Assembly (NCBI GenBank): GCA_030390025.1
Contig: JASTWF010000031.1
Span: 3,224,001 to 3,288,000, forward strand
Direction: 5' to 3'
Source: Squalus acanthias
Lineage: Eukaryota
DNA length: 64,000 bases
In this document: positions 26,799 through 36,328 of the stretch, piece by piece
Numbering within the stretch: position 1 is the stretch's first letter
How the letters are laid out: each line of letters opens with the position of its first letter
Made by a program: the position numbers and the translations under genes
The notes under the pieces: generated by a model
What the model was told of the DNA's origin: nothing
Seen by the model: only the letters and a program-made list of their open reading frames with translations
Databases searched by the model: none

Positions 26799-26799
26799 C
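26763..26799 (-). ncRNA. Minimal type I hammerhead ribozyme-like motif (probably decayed)
   Basis: Minus strand reads GGTT-CTGACGA-AGGGTC ATC GACTT-GAAA-T-GTT-AACT: CUGANGA core, stem II, GAAA, NUH and stem I arms. Confidence 0.65.
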
Positions 26800-28337
26800 T
26801 TCCTTACCCTTCAGTATCCTAATTATTTGCAGGAAGCTGTTGCTGTAAGTGGGGGCTGCACAATTACTAGGGGCCATTAAGCTGAGAGAAGACATAAATG
26901 ATGAATGTATCTGACATCGCTGCTGCTGGTGACTGCCCTGACTTCACTGGTAGCATCACAAGGTAAGTGAGGTGGTTTCAATATACACATTACTATCGGG
27001 GACAGAGACCGCCATCCTATTTGATGCAAGAAGGCTGAGCAGCACAGCCCGTCTGTACAAGCCAACAATGTGGTTTTGCACCTCCATGTACCTGCACCAG
27101 TCTTTGAATAAGGTGGGGAAGCCAGAAAGTAAATCATGAACTATAACTGAAATTACCACACATCCTCAAACCTTGTGCACATTGTGGTGTTTCTCTCTTG
27201 GGCCAGGGTTGTGGAATCTGCCCTGCAATTTGAATGAGGTGGATTCCACAGCCCCCAAACTGTTTCACACTATTGCCAAACTGATTCTCGAAGCAACATA
27301 AATATGTCACGAAAGAAAGTCTGAGGTGCCCAGCAGTGCAGAATCATTCCAAATCACAGTGGCATACTGGCTTAAACAAAATGCACAGTTGCAATTACCG
27401 TATGGAAATTCATTTTTAGGAACAATCACAAGACGGTAAAATAAGTAGATGATGCATGGAAACAACGTTTTAAATTAATCCTGGCAAAGGTTTATGGTTA
27501 CCACGCTCTGCTTTTGAAGTCTTACTTACAGCAACAGTGTATGTGCTTACTAAAGTTTCATATTTGTCTCCAATATAGATAACATTTTCCAATGATTTAA
27601 TGATGACATTCATTTTCGTTTTGCCTTTTTATTGGCTGTGCCAAATCTGATATATGGGTGGGAAGCACTGGAAAATACTCTTCCGAATATAATCCACAGC
27701 TCACCATCTATTTATGTATAGTAATCTGTGCAGCTCTACTGCAGGGGGAGTACTTTTGTTGAAAATGACTTGCCACCTCCTGTCTCCAAGCTATTATTGT
27801 CCTGACTGCTGACTGCAAAAATAAGGCTTGCCACCTAACAAAACTTTTAAATACCAAAAAGAAAACATTTTCGCATACGGTAGCATCTTCTTTCAGTGCT
27901 AAAGACCCATTTTAGGACCATTTTCACTGCAGTTCCTGCCCAAGTAGATTATAGATAATGCCAATACTGCAGCTGTGCAGAGTGCTTGTGGTCTCACAAT
28001 AGCAGCAGTGTTTAGTTTACAATACAGGACCTATATCAAAATGATACAAGGAAAATGAAGGTGTCACTAATATCTAATTTCTTGAGGGTATCGGGTTGAA
28101 GGCACAGCCTATTTACTAAATTTGCATTTTAGTTACACTACTTGATGCTATTAGCTGCACAGTTCCTGCAATAATTTAACCTCTTACAGAACTCGCCATT
28201 GAAAAAGAGAAATTAATGATAGGAACAGCCCGGTCTGGAAGCGCAAGATTGCGAAGTCGCCCCTATATAATATTGGACTTCTATACATGCACTGGGTTCC
28301 CCACTATTAATTTAAAAATGTTATGTCCTTGGACATA

Positions 28338-29095
28338 AAAACAGAAAATGCTGGAAGTACTCAGCAGGTCAGGCAGCATCTGTGGAGAGAGAAACCGAGT
28401 TAATGTTTCAGGTCGATGACTTTTTGTCAGAACTGGAAAAAGTTAGAGATGTAACAGGTTTTAAACAAGTGCAGGGGAAGGGGAGGAAAGAACAAAAGAT
28501 TTGTGATAGAAACATAGAATCTAGGAGCAGGAGTAGGCCATTCGGCCCGTCGAGCCTGCTCCGCCATTCAATACGATCATGGCTGATCATCCAAATCCAG
28601 TACCCTGTCCCTGCTTTAATCCCCACAGTACACATATCTCACCCTACCCCCGTAACCCCACGTATTTAATTCCCCCTAACATATCCCATCCTATCCCCAT
28701 AACCCCACATATTTAATCCCCCCTAACACTAAGGGTCAATTTATCATAGCCAAATCAACCTAACCCACACATTTTTGGACTGTGGGAGGAAACCGGAGCA
28801 CCCGGAGGAAACCCACGCAGACACGGGGAGAATGTGCAAACTCCACACAGACAGTCACCCGAGGTCAGATTCGAACCCGGGTCTCTGGCGCTGTGAGGCA
28901 CCAGTGCTAACCACTATGCCACCGTGTTGCCCTTAGGGTGGAAGGCAGGAGATTAAAAGACAAAAGGGATGATGGTGCGAGACCTGAAACGTGAACTCTG
29001 TTTCTCTCTCCACAGATGCTGCCTGACCTGCTGAGTATTTCCAGCATTTTCTGTTTTTATTTCAGATTTCCAGCATCTGCAGTATTTTGCTTTTG
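28338..29095. mobile_element. Penelope-like element with inverted pseudo-LTRs, interrupted by an HE1 SINE
   Basis: 28338-28414 is the reverse complement of 28981-29058. A degenerate direct repeat flanks it: tgttatgtccttggacata (28319-28337) and tgttaatgtccttaaacata (29096-29115). Confidence 0.8.
28508..28932 (-). mobile_element. HE1-like V-SINE with CR1-derived tail
   Basis: V-domain 'gggaggaaaccggagcacccggaggaaacccacgcagacacggggagaatgtgcaaactccacacag', tRNA-like head with B-box 'ttcgaacccggg', CR1-type tail at 28508-28620 and an internal ~48-bp tandem duplication at about 28631-28727. Confidence 0.9.
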
Positions 29096-29189
29096 TGTTA
29101 ATGTCCTTAAACATAATGGCCTTTGAAACATTAAATTCCTTTCAAAAATGATACTGTTCCTTTGCCTAATTTCTATTTTTCTATCTCTA

Positions 29190-30285
29190 TTGGCTTAGTG
29201 GCAGGAGGCAGAGGGTGATGGTTGAAGGTTGTTTTTGTAACTGGAAGCCTGTGTCCAGTGGTATATCGCAGGGATCGGTGCTGGGTCCCTTGCTGTTTGT
29301 AGTGTACATTAATGATTTAGATATGAATGTAGGAGGTATGATCAGTTAGTTCGCAGATGACACGAAAATTGGTGGAGTGGTAAATAGCGAGGAAGGAAGC
29401 CTCCGTCTACAGGACGATATAGACGGGTTGGTCAGATGGGCAGAACAGTGGCAAATGGAATTGAACCCTGAAAAGTGTGAGGTGATGCATTTTGGGAAGA
29501 CTAACAAGGCAAGGGAATACACAATGAATGGTAGGACCCTAGGAAGGACAGAGGATCAGAGGGACCTTGGTGTGCATGTACATAGATCCCTGAAGGCAGC
29601 AGGACAGGTAGATAAGGTGGTTAAAAAGGCATATGGGATACTTGCCTTCATTAGCCGAGGCATAGAATATAAGAGCAGCGAGGTTATGATGGAGCTGTAC
29701 AAAACGCTAGTTAGGCCACAGCTGGAATACTGTGTGCAGTTCTAGTCACCACACTATAGGAAGGATGTGATTGCATTAGAGAGGGTGCAGAGGAGATTCA
29801 CCAGGATGTTACCTGGGCTGGAGCGTTTCAGCTATGAAGAGAGACTGGACAGGCTGGGGTTGTTTTCCTTAGAGCAGAGAAGGCTGAGGGGGGTCCTGAT
29901 TGAGGTGTACAAAATTATGAGGGGCATAGATAGGGTAGATAGAAAGGAACTTTTCCCCTTAGTAGAGGGGTCAATAACCAGGGTGCATAGTTTCAAGGTA
30001 AGGGGCAGGAGGTTTAGAGGGGATTTGAGGAAAAACGTTTTCACCCAGAGGGTGGTTGGAATCTGGAACTCACTGCCTGAAAGGGTGGTAGAGGCAGGAA
30101 CCCTCACAACATTCAAGAAGCATTTAGATGAGCACTTGAAACGCCATAGCATACAAGGCTACGGACCAAGTGCTGGAAAATGGGATTAGAATAGATAGGG
30201 CTTGATGGCCGGCACAGACACGATGGGCCGAAGGGCCTCTTTCTGTGCTGTATAACTCTGACTATCTATGACTATGACTATCTCC
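29190..30285 (+). mobile_element. CR1 LINE, 5'-truncated, RT domain to 3' tail
   Basis: QGSVLGP and FADD motifs (about 29268-29361). ORFs 29377-29745 and 29767-30189 are one frame broken by a TAG. (ctatga)n tail. Confidence 0.95.
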
Positions 30286-30329
30286 TATCTATCACTAAGA
30301 CCTCCTGTGTAATATTGCCTGTCACTGTC

Positions 30330-30775
30330 CCTACCTCTGATCAAACTGTCATCCACAACTTCTTCAGGCTCAGCTTTTCCTACTTTCTGTTCGCCCACTT
30401 CCTGAGCTCCACCCCACACAAACTTCAAATCAACCGGAGCGCTGCTCCCACATTCTATTTCATACTAAATCCTACTTAGCTACTACCCCTGTCTTTGCTG
30501 ACCCCCACTGGCTACCAAACACAGTGGTGTCAAGATGTCTGTCCTCAATAATGAACCCAATAATGGCCTTGACCCAACCTACCTCTGCAATTGATCCAGC
30601 CCTACCTTTCGGCTTGCACTGTGTACTCTTCCAACTCTGATCTACTCTAAGTCACTCCCTTCTCCCTCCAGTCCATTCTTGCTGGTAGAGCCTTTAGTTG
30701 TTACAGAATTCTCAGCCCAAACCATTCTATTTTGCTTAAACTCTCCCCACCTTCACAAGCCTTCTCAAAAACTAT
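30330..30775 (+). mobile_element. Degenerate L2 fragment (left half of an L2 split by MITE insertion and inversion)
   Basis: 'cactggctacc', 'acctacctctgcaat', 'gtagagcctttag', 'ccttctcaaaaac' resemble the L2 3' ORF2/UTR. The continuation is found inverted at about 35205-35459. Confidence 0.7.
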
Positions 30776-31633
30776 GGGGTAAAAATTATTTGCCGGGGCA
30801 CTAATTTTACGCCCCGAAAAAGTTAGCGCCCCCACGGCCGATTTTCCCAGGTAGCGCCCCAAGAGGGAGGAGGGGCGCTACTGGAAGTGCCCCGCGTCCC
30901 TTTTGGGGCGCTGCGAGCCAATATCGTGGCACGTCGCGCAGCGGTACTGCAGGCCATCCTCCCCTTATTAAAGGGAAGGGGCCTGGCGCAGCGCGACCCT
31001 GGGCCCAGCTGGGCCACCAGGGATCGGGAGTGCCGGCAAACGAGCCCGGCACTCACAGAGAGCAGCCGGCACCCCACGGGGGGGGCTTCACGGGGGCCGG
31101 GGACAGCAACGGGGACAGGTGCTGGCAGGCGGCCAGCAACAAAAATGGCCACCGACCACCTCCCCTTTAACTAGCGCCGCCCCGGCTGCAGGTAGGCCCC
31201 CCTGACCCCGGCAGACATAGCGTCCAGCGGTAAGTCGGGGGGCACCACCCAATATTACAGCCAGGGCGCTGTGCACGGCGATGATGTCATCGCCGGCGGC
31301 GCAGCACCATGCGGGACATCTCGGCCCCTTCGACCCCCGCTGACTCACGGTTCGCCTCGTTGACCCTGGCGAGGTTCGGAGCCGTCGGGAAGCCCACACT
31401 TTAGGTGGCAAAATAGGGATTATCCAAAAAAACTGCCTGTTAACTGCCCGTTAACAGGCAGTTAATTGGCACTGATCTCTTTCCTGCCTCAAGGAGGCGG
31501 CTCTCAGCGTGGGTTGGGTACCCACCTCCTGGGAAGATGGCACGGAGGCGGGTTGGGGGCGGGATGGGTACCCGCCCCCAGATTCTGCCATTTTCCCAGC
31601 AGTCCCGTCCCCAGGGCTGGCAAAATCACCCCC
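30776..31633. mobile_element. Chimeric MITE: family A right part (reversed, 30776-31318) fused to family B right part (31311-31633)
   Basis: 30776-31310 is the reverse complement of about 45145-45760 (both give spurious ORFs starting MPGSFAGTPDPW). 31315-31600 aligns directly with 32500-32790. Confidence 0.88.
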
Positions 31634-31739
31634 ATTAACTCTGTTTCTCTCTTCACAGATGCTGCCTGACCTGCTGAGTATTTCCAGCATTTTCTATTTT
31701 TATTTCAGATTTCCAGCATCCACAGTATTTTGTTTTTGT
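31634..31739 (+). mobile_element. Penelope pseudo-LTR half, displaced by inversion from the element at 35660
   Basis: 'attaactctgtttctctcttcacagatgctgcctgacctgctgagtatttccagc...'. Its reverse complement joins 35660 through the TSD AAT. Confidence 0.88.
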
Positions 31740-31986
31740 AATAGAATAAACATGGACTCCAAATGGAGCAGACTTGGTGGGCCAAATGGTCTTTTGAAGC
31801 TCCAAACTTTATGTTCTTATAAAACTTCAAGCAACAGCTAAAAAAGTGGAAAGCGAATAAAATGACAGAAGATAGGTCAGAGCAGCATATATACTGATGT
31901 GGCTCAGGCAATGGTACTCACTGCTCTGGACATCCTGAATATGAAGCTGATGGATGTTAACACAGAACTTGGTGTAGAAATACTCA

Positions 31987-32831
31987 GGGCTGGATTTTGA
32001 TACTGGGGGCGGGTTGGGGTCGTGAATCCCACTTTTTTGGGTTGTAGACCCGCCTCCATCGACTTGTGGCCAACCCACTGTATTTTCCCTTGATTGACCT
32101 TGTTGAGCCCGCCCAGTGAGCTCAGCAGGCCAATTAAGGGCCACCCGGCAACAGGTGACGTCACAGATTGACATTTCATCTGTCAAGAGCTTTTGACAGA
32201 TGAAATATCAGCGTTTGACAGCTCTGTGAAGCTGTCAAACACTGACAATCTGTCTTCTAACTTGAGTCCTTCCTCTCAGGCTGAGTTAGAAATCATTCCA
32301 GCACAGAATACAGAGGCTGAAACTTTTGACAGGACCACGGCTTTTCTGCTTTCTGTGCCGGTGAGATTTCTGACTCCCGAGAACCGAAGGGCTGACACCT
32401 GCAGGAGGAAGTTAAGGTAAGTAAAACTTTTTTCCACACTTTACACTTACCTTACACACTTACCTCTGCACACATGCACTCATCACTCACCTGCCCACCG
32501 GACATATCGACCCCTCCAACCCCTGCAGACCCACGGTCCGCCTCGCTGAAATGGCGTGGTTGGGACCTGTCGGGAAGCCCACATTTCAGCCATTAAAATA
32601 GGGATTAGGCAAAAAACTGCCTGTTAACTACCTGTTAACAGGCTGCTAATTGTCACTAATCCCCTTCCCGCCTCGGGGAGGCGGGTCCCAGCACAGGTCG
32701 GGTACCCGCTGCTAGCGAAACTGGCATGGAGGCGGGTTGGGGGCGGGATGGGGTCGGGACCCCCGAATCTGCAACTTTAACCCTCCACACGCCTCCAAAC
32801 CCGACTCCACGGGTCAATGAAAATCCAGCCC
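31987..32831. mobile_element. Family B MITE (PIF/Harbinger-like non-autonomous DNA transposon)
   Basis: Perfect 12-bp TIR GGGCTGGATTTT...AAAATCCAGCCC with flanks TCA/TAA and no transposase. An inverted copy lies at 61629-62364. Confidence 0.85.
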
Positions 32832-33869
32832 TAAGGCTCAAGATGGACTCTCAGACCTTGGAGCCATCAATCGGTAAACATTCTCTTATAGTGGTGGGGA
32901 GGGGAAGCTTGCCCAGCTCCTGTTAGTTTGGAGAAAAAAAACATTTGTTTACACTCGGTAGGATTGGAGTTGATTCTGCGGAGATTAATCACTACATTTT
33001 TTAGTTTATTTTTTACTAATGAATCTAACATTTAATTGTTGGACAACATTGCTTGAGTTTTATCATTAATTGCAACATTTAAATGACTATTTCCCTGAAC
33101 ATTTGTTATCATTACAAAATCCCCTTGTTTTAAATGGATTTGTTTGCCTCAAGGTAACGTTAAGAAGGTCAAAAGGTGACTGCACACCTCAGGTCAACAC
33201 ACGAAGTCACTGGGACCAAAGTGTTGAGAGGTTAATAAACTCCTGATTTTGATAGCTGAAACTCTGTGGGACTGCTTGCAAGACTCTATACAGGAGATTT
33301 GTGGGTGAGGTGGTGGGCTCTGTTTGTTATTTGAGTTTGGTTTCGTTACTTTCAGACATGCTTGGACAGATAAGTCAATCCTTGACGCTCTCAGTGAATT
33401 TTGTTGCCTAGCTGCGTTGGCCTTCTACCCTAATAAACCATAGGCTGAACGATATTTTATTCCATTTGCTAATTTTTGCAACAAAGTAGGTGCGAGGAGA
33501 AAGTGGGGAGCATTACTTTTCAATAAAAGGAAAGTGTACCCAACTGTGATTTCACTGGTCATCCATCATGAAAGGAGTTAATTTGGAACAGGAGCAACTT
33601 GTATTTAAATAGTGCATTATCATATCCTCAAGATGTCCCAAAATGCTTCACATGCAGTGAATAATGCCAAGCATTAGTTAAAACTGTTTATGTGTTCGAT
33701 GAATAAACTACTGCAGACACTCTTGCTTCCTCTGTCGTGTGCACAGGATCTGAAAGTCAAGGGTAGGTGTTTGTTTTTATTACGTTTACAGTAGAGAGTT
33801 GAAGTAATGAAACAAGGTAAAATACAAGAACAGGAAGGTAATAAATTATGGTTTAAAATAGGAATTAAA

Positions 33870-34350
33870 AGAACACAGAATTTATAGCACAGAAAGAGGC
33901 CATTCAGCCCATCAAATTGTGCTGATGCTGGCTTTACAGCTGGAGCTGTCTAATCCTATTTCACTGCCCTTCCACATAACCTCTTATATTCTAATTTTCA
34001 AAGACTTATCCAATTGTCTTTTAGATTATGTTATTCCTTTTCCACAATAGCCACTTGTGGTAAACCTGAAAAATTTGCGAAAAAAATGTCCTCTAATTTA
34101 CACCTTTTGTTCTTCTAATATCCCACATTACAACAGTGACTACACTCCAAAAGCACTTCGTTGGCTGTAAAGCACTTTGAGACATCTGGTGGTTGTGAAA
34201 GGCGCTATATAAATGTAAATCTTTCTTTCTTAATGATAATTCTGAAACTATGGCCCCTTGTTACCAATTTATCAATCAGTGGAACAATCTCTTGACTATG
34301 TACTTTCTCAAAACCTTTCAGAATGTTAAAAACCTCAATTAAATCCTTCT
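33870..34350 (-). mobile_element. Degenerate CR1 3' end with a nested SINE tail (about 34120-34231, +)
   Basis: 'agaatttatagcacagaaagaggccattcagcccatc' is a CR1 tail. The nested part reads 'cattacaacagtgactacactccaaaagcacttc...ggcgctatataaatgtaaatctttct'. Confidence 0.7.
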
Positions 34351-35204
34351 CTGTTAATCAGGGCTGGATCCAGATTCTTAGAGTTGAGAGGAAAATACTG
34401 ATCTACAATATCACTCACTCCCCCAATCTTGAATTTTGGATTCATATTCTCCTGAGATTCTTAATCCAGAGAAATATCTTCTCAATCCTTTTCTCTGTAA
34501 CTCTGCCTCATTTTCTTGGAGTTCACCTAACCTGAAGAGACTGATACCAGGGTGACTACACATCCACCCTCTGCTCTTAAGTTCTCCTTCAACACTGGGC
34601 TTTTATTGAAATCTGCCTCTGAAGTAATTGATCAAACGATAGATAACTCCTTAAAAACTGCAGCTCCTGTCTCATGTAATTCTTCTCAATCTTCCACAAG
34701 CTGGTATCTTCTCTGCAGCCTGTCCCCACTGCTCCCGTCCATCACCATCTGTCCCTTCTATGCAATTTCTCTCTCGGTTTTCTTGCCTTGTACATGCTTG
34801 AAGAAAATAATTCCTGAGTGGGGGGGGAATAAAACTAACGATAAGGAAAAATTAAGATTTAATTAAAAAAAATCAAAGTAAACAGATATACAAAATATAA
34901 TTTAAAAAGGCTCAAAGGAATACAAAGAGAAAATGAGAAAAAAGTTACAGGGATAACAGAAAGAATTCAATGTGAAAAAGCAGGAAGAAAAGAACAAGAA
35001 AGGAATAGAAATATAAGGTGTAATTTTCTGACTTTGTACTGCTGGTGGTGAGCCCTACCTGAGCACACAATCCAGATTTGGGCCATGTGCTGCACAAGAT
35101 AATGTCAGAACATCATGGCATTGCCCGCTAGATTTGCAACATGCACTTCGAGCAGGCATGGTTCCTCGGTGGCAGTGCAAAGTCAGAAAATTACCCCTGT
35201 GGAC

Positions 35205-35459
35205 AGTAACAACTTGTATAGTACCTTTAATATATCTAAATAAGAACATAAGAAATAGGAGCAGGAGTAGGCCATGCGGCCCCTCGAGCCTGCTGCGTCA
35301 TTCAATAAGATCATGGCTAATCATCTCACTCAACTCCACTTTCCCGCCCTTACCCTTCTCCCTTGATTCCCCTAGTGTCCAAAAAAAAGTCACAAAGTAG
35401 GAGTCGAAAGAGACACTAAGCAGGAGTTAGAGATGATTGAAAGCATAGTCAAAGTCATA
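35205..35459 (-). mobile_element. L2 3' end (right half of the split L2) with a nested CR1-type tail (about 35243-35380)
   Basis: Reverse complement reads 'tatgactttgactatgctttcaatcatc', continuing the L2 at 30775. L2 tail 'aacaacttgtatagtacctttaat'. Confidence 0.68.
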
Positions 35460-35659
35460 GGGGGCTAAAGAGGGCGCTAACGGGGCGCAAATCAACTAGC
35501 GCCTGGGCGTAGCGCTGCTAACGTGTCCCGCTGGGCGGGCTTAACAAGGTCAATCAAGGGAAAATAGCGTGGGTTGGCCACAAGTCGATGAAGGTCGGAC
35601 TAAAACCCGACAAGTTGGAGTCTCGCCTCCAAAAGCTCCCCATTGAGAAAATCCAGCCC
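35460..35659. mobile_element. Chimeric MITE: family A left part (35460-35531) fused to family B left part (reversed, 35524-35659)
   Basis: 35465-35530 aligns with about 45036-45100. 35531-35600 aligns with about 62236-62300. Ends in the B TIR AAAATCCAGCCC. Confidence 0.88.
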
Positions 35660-36328
35660 AATGTTTCAAGTCAATGACCTTTCATCAGAACTGGAAAAAG
35701 TTAGAGATCTAACAGGTACAGAGGCAGGGAAAGGGGGGAGGGGAGGAAAGAACAAAAGGGAAAGTCTGTGATGGGCTGGAAGGCAGGAGAGATTAAATGG
35801 CAAAAGGGATGATGGTGCAAGGCAAAAGGAGATGGTAATGGGACAAGTAAAGAAACAAAAGATGGGTCTAGAGGAGCTGAAAATGACAAAAGCAGAATCA
35901 TTACCAGCAACTGCAGTATGAAAAAATGGGAGCAGAGGTTATGATCTGAAATTGATGAACTCAGTGTTGAGTCCGGAAGGCTGTAAACTGCTTAATTGAA
36001 AGATGAGGTGCTGTTCCTCGAGCTGCAGTTGAGCTTCATTAGAACAGTGTAGGAGACTGAGGACAGAGCGGTCAGAGTGGGATTGAGGCAGAGAATTAAA
36101 ATGACAGGCGACTGGAAGCTCAGGGGTACCCTTGCGGACTGAACGGAGGTGTTTCGCAAAGCAATCACCCAATCTGTGTTTGGTCTCCCCAATGTAGAGG
36201 CGACCGCATCGTGAGCAGCGAATACAGTATACTAAATTGCAAGAAGTAAATCGCTGTTTCACCTGGAAGGAGTGTTTGGGGGCCTGGACGGTGGGAAGGG
36301 AGGAGGTAAAAGGGCAGGTGTTGCATCA
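35660..36328 (-). mobile_element. Penelope-like retroelement 3' part: GIY-YIG endonuclease, 3'UTR and pseudo-LTR
   Basis: ORF 35939-36262(-) NLVYCIRCSRCGRLYIGETKHRL...H...PVACHFN...EQHLI...PSGLN is the Penelope GIY-YIG domain with its CxxC insert. Confidence 0.92.

Noticed and set aside
28860-28932. tRNA gene
   Set aside because: It is the tRNA-derived head of a V-SINE, continuous with the V-domain and LINE tail, with no full cloverleaf.
30807-32926. Dense overlapping GC-rich ORFs (also 45066-45726 and 61873-63069) as novel genes
   Set aside because: They occur in multiple frames on both strands inside TIR-bounded repeats and lose frame between copies. This is an effect of low stop-codon frequency in GC-rich DNA.
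34800-35020. Purine/A-rich tract as a coding or structural element
   Set aside because: Low-complexity sequence with no periodicity or open frame.
35939-36262. Stand-alone GIY-YIG homing or defence nuclease
   Set aside because: It is the truncated, decayed C-terminus of a Penelope retroelement, followed by its 3'UTR and pLTR.
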